From the NCBI GenBank assembly GCA_038897215.1, contig JAWAWX010000001.1, positions 864,001-928,000 of the forward strand: a stretch of DNA of 64,000 nt, given 5' to 3'. This document shows, in pieces, positions 30,861 to 39,225 of the stretch; the stretch's first letter is position 1, and the number at the start of each line of letters is the position of its first letter. The position numbers and the translations under genes are program-made. Under the pieces are notes generated by a model. That model ran no database searches. It saw nothing but the letters and a program-made list of their open reading frames with translations, and was not told the origin of the DNA. The DNA comes from Acidilobaceae archaeon. GTDB taxonomy: Archaea > Thermoproteota > Thermoprotei_A > Sulfolobales > Acidilobaceae.

Positions 30861-31768
30861 CTAACGGCAAGCAACACTCCTAGCATTAATGCTAAAGCTA
30901 CAAAGGCTATTGCTATCACGTGATGCCCCAGCTCTGCTCTCACATAGCTCTCTAGAAGTGGGGGGAGGCGAGCGAAAGCGCTTCCAAGAAGCCCATAAGG
31001 TGCTCTTAGCGACTCCTCGATTATCCTCGATGCTCTGACAACCTCTCCGAGTCCTCTCTCGAAGAAAACAACTATAGCCATGACTGTTGAAGTCATGGCG
31101 CTAAAGCCCCAAACAGCTAGAGCTCTAGCTGGGTCCACGTTTTGGATCACGTGTGCTAGGAGAGTAACGGCTTTCGACAAGTCTATGTGCTGAAGAGTAA
31201 ACGCTAGACTACGCAATGCTCTCAAAGGGCCCTTGACGAGCTTGATATAAGAGGCTAGACGAGCGCTCAATACTCTCCTATCTGGTTTCGAGATAACGAG
31301 AGCTAGAGTCAGCAGGATAGCTAGAGTAGTGGAGAGAGCTACATGCGGTCTGTTTAGACTAGTGGCAACTACTATAGCCCACATTGATGAGAGAGCGGCC
31401 TGTCTAGCAACCCTAGGAGCTAGAGGAGACTCCTTCTCGTCAGCCGAGGCCAACAAAAGCCCGGCTGTTGAGGCAACGATAGCTAGGATAGCTAGAGGAA
31501 GCTCTAGGTGGATGTGGACTACGACTATCGAGTAGTAGGGTGCAGCTAGGAGAATGAATACGAGTAGAGCATCGTAGAGAGCTATATCGAACTCGTCGAA
31601 GAGACCTCTGTAGAAACTCCTGGCTAGAGACATCACGTAAGCTGAGAGAGCTAGAGATGCTAGAAGCTCCTGAGCTAGATGACTCCCGGAGAGAGCTAGA
31701 GGAGCAGTCGCTACAGCTAAGAGAGCTAGAGATGTCTCTACTCCGGTGAGAAACCTCGAGACGCGCAA
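30857..31768 (-). CDS. Hypothetical membrane protein heading the Mrp-like cluster
   Basis: Multiple hydrophobic helices; stop overlaps the next gene start. Confidence 0.65.
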   Translation of the reverse strand: MRVSRFLTGVETSLALLAVATAPLALSGSHLAQELLASLALSAYVMSLARSFYRGLFDEFDIALYDALLVFILLAAPYYSIVVVHIHLELPLAILAIVASTAGLLLASADEKESPLAPRVARQAALSSMWAIVVATSLNRPHVALSTTLAILLTLALVISKPDRRVLSARLASYIKLVKGPLRALRSLAFTLQHIDLSKAVTLLAHVIQNVDPARALAVWGFSAMTSTVMAIVVFFERGLGEVVRASRIIEESLRAPYGLLGSAFARLPPLLESYVRAELGHHVIAIAFVALALMLGVLLAVR

Positions 31769-31777
31769 CTAGCCTCC

Positions 31778-32335
31778 CTACAGGGTCCTCGTCTCGTTGC
31801 TTACGCGCACGTAGCTAGACCTCCATATGTGGAGAGGTATGTCGTAGCGCTGTAAGTCGTGAGGACTAACGCCCCTCTTGACATACGATGCCTCTACTAG
31901 CCCTACTACTAGCCTATGGTCTCCTCCTAGCTCTATGTCGCTGTGAAGCTTGGCCTCGATGACGGCTACGGATTCAGCGATTATGGGCGCTCCGATCACC
32001 CTAGCCTTAGCCTTAGTCAGCCCTGAAGCCGCGATCTTATCCTTCACCTCTCTCCCCGTAGTCCACCCGAGGAAGTTCAGCTTGTCTACGAGGCTCCAGG
32101 GGAGAACGCAGACTGCGAACTCTCTCGTGGAGACTATCTTCTCGTACGTGTACCTCTTCGGAGAGATCGCTACGCCGAGAAGCGGGGGGTCTCTTGAGAT
32201 CGGTGTGAGCCACGAGGCAGCCATCGCGCTATAGTCATCCCAGCTCCCCGAGACTACCACGAAGGCTGGTCTGGGGTGGAGCAGGTAAACCCAGTTCCTC
32301 AAGGGTAGGTTCTCGAAAGCTTCTGGAAGCGACAC
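31778..32335 (-). CDS. Flavin reductase-like (FlaRed) protein
   Basis: LLHPRP, MAASW, PPLLGVAI, GDHRLVVG. Confidence 0.9.
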   Translation of the reverse strand: MSLPEAFENLPLRNWVYLLHPRPAFVVVSGSWDDYSAMAASWLTPISRDPPLLGVAISPKRYTYEKIVSTREFAVCVLPWSLVDKLNFLGWTTGREVKDKIAASGLTKAKARVIGAPIIAESVAVIEAKLHSDIELGGDHRLVVGLVEASYVKRGVSPHDLQRYDIPLHIWRSSYVRVSNETRTL

Positions 32336-32389
32336 AGCCTAGACCCAGGAGTGTAGACTGGGATCGCTACCGCTATTTAGGTGTTCTCG

Positions 32390-33484
32390 CTACGCTAAGC
32401 CTAATCTCGCCATGAGTTCCGCTATCAGAACACCAGTGCCAGCCGCGCCTCTGATAGTATTGCTACCTAGGACCACGTACTTCACCCCGCCTAGAGCCTC
32501 GTCTACTCTCAGCCTACCCACTACTACGCTCATTCCGTTACCCTCCAGCCTGTCGAGTCTAGGCTGTGGTCTGTTCGGCTCTCTCCTCACTACTATCGGC
32601 TTCTCCGGCTTCGAGGGGAGGTTTAGCCCTCTGATCTTGTTGCCGGGGAACTCTGCTAGAGCTCTAGCTACCTCCTCTAGGCTCGCTCTCCTACCTAGCT
32701 CCACGAAGACTGACTCAGTGTGCCCTTCTAGCACGGGGACTCTACAGCATGTAGCTGAGACCTTGATATCGCTCCTAGGCTTGACCTCTCCCGCCTCCAC
32801 GGACCCGAGTATCTTCAGAGTCTCTTTCTCCACCTTCTCCTCTTCTCCTTCAATGTATGGTATTATGTTGTCTAAGATGGCCATAGAGGGTAGCCCTCTG
32901 AGACCGGCTCCGGAGACTGCCTGCATAGTCGACACTATGACTCTCCTGACTCCGAACTCGTCGAGTAGAGGCTTCAGAGAGAGCGTCAGTATGGCTGTAG
33001 TGCAGTTAGGGACCTTGACTATAGCCCCGCTCCACTCTCTCCTCCTTCTCTGCTCCTCGATCACCTCGATGTGATCAGCGTTAACCTCCGGGTTTAGTAG
33101 AGGAACGTCTGGATCGAGTCTCATATTGCTGGCATTAGACACTACGACTACTCCTCTCCTAGCTAGCTCTAGCTCGACCTCGCGAGCTATCTCCGCTGGG
33201 AGTGCTGAAAACGCGATCTCGACCCCCTCTCTGGCTATGAGGTCTGGAGAAGTCTCGTGCACCTCTAGGTCTCTTACCTTCTCGGGCATAGGGGTCTCTA
33301 TAGCCCACTCTACAATATCTCCATATCTAGCTCCAGCACTCTTCTCCGAGCCTGTCAAAAGCTCTAGCCTGAACCAGGGGTGGTTTGCTAGCAGGAAGAC
33401 GAACCTCTGCCCCACGAGACCCCCCGCTCCTAGAACGGCTACTCTCCTCTTCACGCCAACCGCCCCCGCTCTAAGCCACTCCAC
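32390..33484 (-). CDS. asd: Aspartate-semialdehyde dehydrogenase (archaeal type)
   Basis: LGAGGLVGQRF, SNAS, PNCTT, QAVSGAG, RVPVLEGHT, NTIRGAAG. Confidence 0.95.
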   Translation of the reverse strand: MEWLRAGAVGVKRRVAVLGAGGLVGQRFVFLLANHPWFRLELLTGSEKSAGARYGDIVEWAIETPMPEKVRDLEVHETSPDLIAREGVEIAFSALPAEIAREVELELARRGVVVVSNASNMRLDPDVPLLNPEVNADHIEVIEEQRRRREWSGAIVKVPNCTTAILTLSLKPLLDEFGVRRVIVSTMQAVSGAGLRGLPSMAILDNIIPYIEGEEEKVEKETLKILGSVEAGEVKPRSDIKVSATCCRVPVLEGHTESVFVELGRRASLEEVARALAEFPGNKIRGLNLPSKPEKPIVVRREPNRPQPRLDRLEGNGMSVVVGRLRVDEALGGVKYVVLGSNTIRGAAGTGVLIAELMARLGLA

Positions 33485-33610
33485 CTAGACCAAGCCGTAT
33501 TAGCTTCGCTTAAGCTAGCTATCCCGAAGACTGACAGCGAGCCGAGAGCAGCGCTCATGGCTGATTCGAGACTCCGAGAGCTTTTCCCGCAAGCTCGGCC
33601 TATGTGGAGC

Positions 33611-34720
33611 TCAGGTCTCTATGAGTTCTTCGTGGAGTCTCCGGAGAGTCTCTATGGCGTCTCCTCTCAGTATTTGCATCTTTAGCACAGGTCTTCCCAG
33701 AGGTAGCTCTATGCCGTCTACCTCGATGCCCGCTTTTAGGAGAACGTTGAGAGCTCTCAGCGCTCCCTCTACTCTGCTCTCTAGCTCGCCTATGAGAGCT
33801 ATAGTTTGCTGGCTCGTGCTAGATATTGTTGCTATCTTGAACCCAAAGCGGTGAGGTTTGCTCGATACTAGCGTGCCTCTCGATCTCCACGACCGGATCC
33901 TCAAGTCGATAGGTCTAACCTTCATTAACGGCTCGAGAGCCTTGGGATTCATTCTCTTAACCCCGTGGAGTGATGCTTCTGCAGCTTCGAGATAGCTCAG
34001 GCTATTGACTACTCTAGCTGAAGGGATTAAGCGAGGGTCAGCGCTCATTATCCCATCTACTTCAGTAACTAGCTCTGCCTCAGCTCCCAGAATAGAGGCT
34101 ATCGCTGTAGCCGTGTAATCGGAGCCTCCTCTCCCTAAAGTAGTCACTCTACCCTGGGGCGTAGCGCCCACAAAGCCCTCCAGGATGGGTACCGCTCTAG
34201 CCTCGACGGCTGCTCTATACATCTTCTCTACTCTGGGGCTTGTCAGCTCGTAGTCTATGCTGGCATCTCCGTGTCTCGCATCGGTTACTATGACGTCTCT
34301 AGCATCAACCTCGAAGACTCTCAACCCCTGTGTCTCCAGAGCCTCCCTCATGACCATCTTGCTTAATCTCTCCCCATAGGATAGCATGAGGTCTGCTAGA
34401 GCTGGAGAATCGGGGTCTCCTAGATCGGCTATCTTCTCTAGCTCGCTGAGCTCTTCTCTAAGCCTCCTCACACCAGGAGTGGAGCATAGCTCTTCGCAGA
34501 TCTCGGTATATACTCGGGCAACCGCTACATACGCTTCTCTAGCGCCTCGCGAGGCTTGAATAAGGAGGTCTGTGATACCGCGAGCTGCTGACACGACTAC
34601 CACCATATTCTTTCCTCTTGATTCAAGAGTCTCCGCGATGTTCTCCGCCGCCTTAGCGTAAGACTTAGCGCTATCGAGTAGAGAGCCCCCGATTTTCAGC
34701 ACTAGGGCATCTGTCTTCAC
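33611..34720 (-). CDS. ask: Aspartate kinase
   Basis: LKIGGS, VVVSA, SYGERLS, TTLGRGGSDYTA, DGIMSADP. Confidence 0.93.
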   Translation of the reverse strand: MKTDALVLKIGGSLLDSAKSYAKAAENIAETLESRGKNMVVVVSAARGITDLLIQASRGAREAYVAVARVYTEICEELCSTPGVRRLREELSELEKIADLGDPDSPALADLMLSYGERLSKMVMREALETQGLRVFEVDARDVIVTDARHGDASIDYELTSPRVEKMYRAAVEARAVPILEGFVGATPQGRVTTLGRGGSDYTATAIASILGAEAELVTEVDGIMSADPRLIPSARVVNSLSYLEAAEASLHGVKRMNPKALEPLMKVRPIDLRIRSWRSRGTLVSSKPHRFGFKIATISSTSQQTIALIGELESRVEGALRALNVLLKAGIEVDGIELPLGRPVLKMQILRGDAIETLRRLHEELIET

Positions 34721-34727
34721 TAGTCTC

Positions 34728-35756
34728 TCAGCCCCCTTCTAGAGCTATGCTTAAGATGTCGTCGAGAAGCGTGTGTGCTGTCTCTAGAGCCCCTCCTCCT
34801 CTCCCGATGAGGACCACGGGCCCCACGTCTGTCTCCACGACTACACCGTTATCCAGCCCTCTCACGTTAGCTAGGAAGGATTCTCTCTGCAGTCTCTTCA
34901 GAGACACTCTGCCCAGGGACCTCTTGGCGTCAAGTTCCGCCACGTACTTCAAGACGAATCCTTGCTTTGCCGCTGCCACTACATCCTTCAATGTGACAGA
35001 GTCTAGAGGCTCTCTCTCGATATCCTCTAGTCTCAGAGGGCGCCCTATGAGGTGCGAGACTATGACGAGCTTGGCGGCCGCGTCAACACCCCTGATGTCT
35101 AGAGAGGGGTCTGGCTCGGCTACGCCTATCGCTTGAGCTTCTCTGAGAGCTTTCTCAAATTCTACTAGCTCCTCCTGCATCAGTGTAAGCACGTAGTTAG
35201 TAGTCGCGTTGAGCACCCCCTCTACTCTAATGACGTCACGGCTCCTCATAGACGAGAGCATGGCTATGAATGGAGAGCCTCCCATCACAGTCGCTCCAAA
35301 CCTGATAGATAGCCCCCGCTGTCTAGCAGTACTCGCTAGCTCCTCGAACGCCAGAGCTAGGGGTGCTTTATTAGCTGTCACTACGTGGACTCCTCTACTC
35401 AAAGCTAGCCTTATGTGAGAAAGACCGGGCTCGCCTGTCTCGTAGTTTGAAGGCGTGACCTCTACGTGGATATCGGGTCGCGCCTCCTCGAGGAGCTCCT
35501 CTAGACCCCACCCTCCTCTACCGTAGGGCTCGAAGTCCTTGAGGCTAGACCTGGGTAGCTCGGAAGCCTTCATCAACTCGTAGGGCGTGAAGCCTTCGCT
35601 CTTCACGATACAGCCTCTCGAGTCCGCTACCCCTGTGACCTCGACTAAGACTCCATGCCTTCTAGCTATCTCCTCTCGCTTTACGGCAATAGTCTTGACT
35701 AGAGCTCTACCCACAGTCCCGAAGCCTGCTAGAACAACCCTAACTCTCCTCAACAC
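34728..35756 (-). CDS. hom: Homoserine dehydrogenase
   Basis: GFGTVG, HVVTANK, GVLNATTNY, AEPDPSLDIRGVDAAAK. Confidence 0.95.
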   Translation of the reverse strand: MLRRVRVVLAGFGTVGRALVKTIAVKREEIARRHGVLVEVTGVADSRGCIVKSEGFTPYELMKASELPRSSLKDFEPYGRGGWGLEELLEEARPDIHVEVTPSNYETGEPGLSHIRLALSRGVHVVTANKAPLALAFEELASTARQRGLSIRFGATVMGGSPFIAMLSSMRSRDVIRVEGVLNATTNYVLTLMQEELVEFEKALREAQAIGVAEPDPSLDIRGVDAAAKLVIVSHLIGRPLRLEDIEREPLDSVTLKDVVAAAKQGFVLKYVAELDAKRSLGRVSLKRLQRESFLANVRGLDNGVVVETDVGPVVLIGRGGGALETAHTLLDDILSIALEGG

Positions 35757-36684
35757 TCAACACCTCCGCTCCTCTAGCTGAAACTGTGCTCACTATTGTC
35801 TCAGCTATCACACCCTGATCGGCCAGGAAGTCTCTAAGTCTCTCCGCTAGTCTTCTAGCGCGCTCAATACTCTCAGCTATGAAGAAGACGGAGGGCCCAG
35901 CTCCGCTTATGTTGAAGCCTAGAGCTCCAGAGTCTAGAGCTAGCTTCTTGAGCTCTCCATAGTATGGTATCATCTGCGACCTCCTAGGCTCCGCTATCAC
36001 ATCAAACGAGACTGCTTCTCCGATCTTCTTCAAGTCTCCAGCGGAGATCGAGTAGACCAGCTTAGCTATGTTGAAGGATTGAGCGACATGCTCCTCTAGG
36101 CTGAGAGAGCGTGGGAGCAGAGACCTCGCGTAGCCAGTCTTCCTCTCAGGCACGTCCACGAGAGGGATGACGACACCCACGGGGACCTCTACCGGGGGCT
36201 CTATCTTGATGAACTCCCCGCCTCTAGGATTGGAGATCACGAAGCCTCCTAGGAGGCTCGCAGCCACGTTGTCGAAGTGCCTGGAGCCCGAGACGTACTC
36301 CTCTCCTCTCGCAGCTATCGAGATCACTTCCTCCACGCCTAGCTCTACTCCTAGAGCTACAGCGAGAGCCATAGCTGTGGCCACAGCCGTCGCTGCAGAG
36401 CTACCGAGACCTCTCGATGGGGGGACTCCCTTGTCTACCGTTATCTCTAAGCCTGCGCTCTCTACCCCTAGCTTCTCTAAGAACGCTTTAGCCACGATGT
36501 ATGCGACGTTCTCCTCGCCTGAGGGGACTCTGGGGTCTAGAGAGTGGACAATTATGCCTGACGAGTTCTTGCTCACGGTTACTCTAACCACGTCTCTAGG
36601 ACCTTCTAGCGCGAAACTCAGGATATCGAAGCCTGGGCCGACGTTAGCTACCGTAGCCGGAGCCGAGACAATAGCGCTTCTCAC
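35740..36684 (-). CDS. thrB: Homoserine kinase (GHMP family)
   Basis: PATVANVGPGFD, PPSRGLGSSAA, HFDNVA, ISGAGPS. Confidence 0.95.
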   Translation of the reverse strand: MRSAIVSAPATVANVGPGFDILSFALEGPRDVVRVTVSKNSSGIIVHSLDPRVPSGEENVAYIVAKAFLEKLGVESAGLEITVDKGVPPSRGLGSSAATAVATAMALAVALGVELGVEEVISIAARGEEYVSGSRHFDNVAASLLGGFVISNPRGGEFIKIEPPVEVPVGVVIPLVDVPERKTGYARSLLPRSLSLEEHVAQSFNIAKLVYSISAGDLKKIGEAVSFDVIAEPRRSQMIPYYGELKKLALDSGALGFNISGAGPSVFFIAESIERARRLAERLRDFLADQGVIAETIVSTVSARGAEVLSVEES

Positions 36685-36687
36685 TGA

Positions 36688-36732
36688 GCCCCCTATAGGG
36701 GGCGTCCTTCCAAGCGCGAGTAGCCCCCGGGG
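36688..36732 (-). promoter_or_regulatory. SD-sequestering hairpin GCCCCCTATAGGGGGC with an upstream competing GGGGGC tract in the thrB leader
   Basis: 16-bp perfect palindrome at 36688-36703, ending 3 nt before the GTG start; second GGGGGC (minus strand) at 36723-36728. Confidence 0.45.
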
Positions 36733-37180
36733 CCTCTTAGTGTTTGGCGCAATCGAGTCACCTTTTAGCTCACTCGCTAACAGAGCTAGAGCTTAAATAC
36801 TTCTATCAGTCTCTCAGCGTTACCACAGCTCTTCTCTAAGCTCTAACCCCACTCTTGCAGGAGCTTCGCGAGGCTCCCTCTCCGCTACTAGCTCGCTCGG
36901 GAAGGCTTAGCGCTCGAGGTCTTAGAGTTATAGAGGCGACTCGTGCCCTCGGGTTCGGCGCTCGCGGAAACACCTAGACCGGTGTGTGAACTGTGAGAGT
37001 GATGAGACGGGCTTAAGGCTTGATGGTAACGAGACTCGGGGAGCGTTCTCGGGCTTCTCGTGAGCGTATAGACACGAGAGCGGAGCGCTTAGGAGCTATG
37101 TCGCGATGACCTGCTGGAAGTGTTATCGCTCTACTTTTAAGCATTAGTGAGAGCTTGAGTTCTAAGACTTGGTGGGATAG

Positions 37181-37879
37181 CTGCCACTAGAAGAGCACAT
37201 CTACCGCATCGTCGTCCTAGCTCTCTTATCCGTAGCTGGATTCATGGATGTAAAGGCTAGAGAAGTACCTCCTCTCTACTGGGCTCTAGCGATCGCTATA
37301 GCCACACCTATCACTCTATACTCCTACACGATTCTCAATATAGGCTTAGCAGTAATAGCCGTGAACGTCCTCCTCTCCCTCTCGCTAACTCTACTCGTCT
37401 ACGTGCTCTATAGGGAGTGCGTAATGGGAGGAGCGGATGTTCTAGCGCTCCTCTTCCTCTCTCTAAGCTCTCCAGTATTCCCTGACTCCTTCATGCCAGG
37501 GCCTTTTCTCGCAGTATTGTATGCAGTCGTGCCAGTACTGGTCTACCACATCTACTCGGTTAGGCTAGTGTGTAGAGATATCAGGTGTCTTCTCAGACTA
37601 GAGTTCGAGATTCCCGCTTGGAGACTCATGGAGGACTCGAGGCTAAGGTGGTGGATCGTCTTGAGCGGCAGTGAGGAGTATTGTGAGGTAGAAGAGGATG
37701 CTCCTCAAGCAGCAGCTAGGATAAGCGGCGGGAACCCCAACGCGATCCTTAGAGCAACACCCGGTCATCCGTACATAGCTCATCTAGCCGTGGGCTACAC
37801 TATGGCGTGTATTATCGGAGACTATCCTCTAGAAGCGCTCATAGCCGCTTTAGTAGAGCCTGCTAGACTAGCGGGATAG
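37181..37879 (+). CDS. Prepilin/preflagellin peptidase (A24, FlaK/PibD-like), probable CTG start
   Basis: D-x-K-x-R-E-V and MGGAD catalytic motifs; first TM helix is encoded upstream of ATG 37244; GGTGGG SD precedes CTG 37181. Confidence 0.82.
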   Translation: MPLEEHIYRIVVLALLSVAGFMDVKAREVPPLYWALAIAIATPITLYSYTILNIGLAVIAVNVLLSLSLTLLVYVLYRECVMGGADVLALLFLSLSSPVFPDSFMPGPFLAVLYAVVPVLVYHIYSVRLVCRDIRCLLRLEFEIPAWRLMEDSRLRWWIVLSGSEEYCEVEEDAPQAAARISGGNPNAILRATPGHPYIAHLAVGYTMACIIGDYPLEALIAALVEPARLAG

Positions 37880-37888
37880 GGGGAGAGC

Positions 37889-39202
37889 TTGAGAGTACTG
37901 TTGATTCACGCTGAGAGATTCTCCTTCAGCTCAGAGCAGGAGGCTCTCGAGAAGCCTCCAGACCCCCCGGCTTCGGGGAGTTTTGAGAACTGCCTCGTCG
38001 TATTCGTTACCGTAGAGGAGGGAGACGGTGCTGACGAGGCTAGATTAGCCGCTGCCGATGCCGTAGCTCAAGCTAAGACTGTGAGAGCTAGCGCTATAGT
38101 AGTCTACCCCTACGCTCACCTCTCGAGTAGAGTAGCTAGGCCCGAGGAGGCCTACGGGGTCCTCCTCGAGCTAGAGAAGGCGATTTCGAGCATGTGGGAG
38201 GGTCTCGTGGCCAGAGCTCCCTTCGGCTGGTATAAGTCGTTTCAGCTATCGTGCAAAGGACACCCCCTAGCTGAACTCTCGCGTTCATTCGCGGGAGTCC
38301 AGGAGGTTAGGTATAGAGGGCTTCCTCTCGAGGAAGCTGTTGCCCTAGAGCTAGTCGACGAGAGAGCTCTGAGGAGACCCCCCTGGGATAAGGATGTACT
38401 CGAGGCATACTCTAGGCTGAGATTCGACTCGCTAGAGGGGAGGAGGGCTCGAGTAGAGCTGGAGGAGAGAGCCTTCCGAGCACTAGGTCTCAGGAAGCTG
38501 GCTAGAATCAGCGAGCCTCGGTGGACCCACGGGCTTCGAGGAGTAGCAGCACTAGCATCGCTCTGCTCTAAGCTAGAGCCGGGAATACTGGCCTCCTGGG
38601 GAGACGTTGGGGACTCTGTGGCGTCGACTGAGGTCGACCCTAGAGGCTTCCTCTCCGAGATAGACTCGGAGCTAGCATCGATGCTGGAAGAAGTGAAGCT
38701 GGGAGAGGAGGGGCTGAGCGTCTCGAGTCTACAAGGCTCCGTCTACGCGTATAGAGCTAGAAGCGGGGGCCTGGCTCCTCTAGTGGTAGAACTGCCTAGA
38801 CTCAAATGCCTCGGCCCTCTCTCCTCTATCGTGCTCAGCCTGATAGACTTGGGTCTCAGGAGAGCAGAGAGAGGTAGAACGCCGAGCCTGCCCTTCTGGC
38901 TAGCCCCTATCCAGGTAGCTCTCCTACCAGTCTCCGAGAAGCACTCGAGCTTCGTTGAGCGCGTTGCCGAAAAACTCAGCGAGATAGGAGTGAGATTCAC
39001 TGTCATGAAGGAGGGGGGCCTCGGCTCGAGGATACGAGAGGCTGGAAGAAGCTGGGTCCCCATAGTGGCTGTTGCTGGAGATAGAGAGGTAGAGACGGAG
39101 ACTCTCTCGGTTAGAAAGAGGTGGGAGGAGGGGAGGCAAGAGGTTCTAACTCTCAACGAGTTCCTATCGCTAATTGCTGAACTTAAGAGAAGACGATTCT
39201 GA
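37889..39202 (+). CDS. Free-standing threonyl-tRNA synthetase editing protein (ThrRS-ed, Ser-tRNA(Thr) hydrolase) with anticodon-binding domain
   Basis: MRVLLIHA, YPYAHLS, APFGWYK, CKGHPLAELSR; LPFWLAPIQV anticodon domain; no class II catalytic core. Confidence 0.92.
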   Translation: MRVLLIHAERFSFSSEQEALEKPPDPPASGSFENCLVVFVTVEEGDGADEARLAAADAVAQAKTVRASAIVVYPYAHLSSRVARPEEAYGVLLELEKAISSMWEGLVARAPFGWYKSFQLSCKGHPLAELSRSFAGVQEVRYRGLPLEEAVALELVDERALRRPPWDKDVLEAYSRLRFDSLEGRRARVELEERAFRALGLRKLARISEPRWTHGLRGVAALASLCSKLEPGILASWGDVGDSVASTEVDPRGFLSEIDSELASMLEEVKLGEEGLSVSSLQGSVYAYRARSGGLAPLVVELPRLKCLGPLSSIVLSLIDLGLRRAERGRTPSLPFWLAPIQVALLPVSEKHSSFVERVAEKLSEIGVRFTVMKEGGLGSRIREAGRSWVPIVAVAGDREVETETLSVRKRWEEGRQEVLTLNEFLSLIAELKRRRF

Positions 39203-39225
39203 GAGAGTAGAGGAGGGCAGCTAGC

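Noticed and set aside
32412-33074. 220-aa antisense ORF over asd, and the many similar shadow ORFs (e.g. 153-749, 36167-36796, 38743-39411, 49177-49830)
   Set aside because: Ser/Leu/Thr-rich mirror-frame products of codon bias opposite well-supported genes.
33515-33570. C/D-like boxes between ask and asd
   Set aside because: CCGA and CTGA are present, but there is no convincing C or C' box and the spacing is too short.
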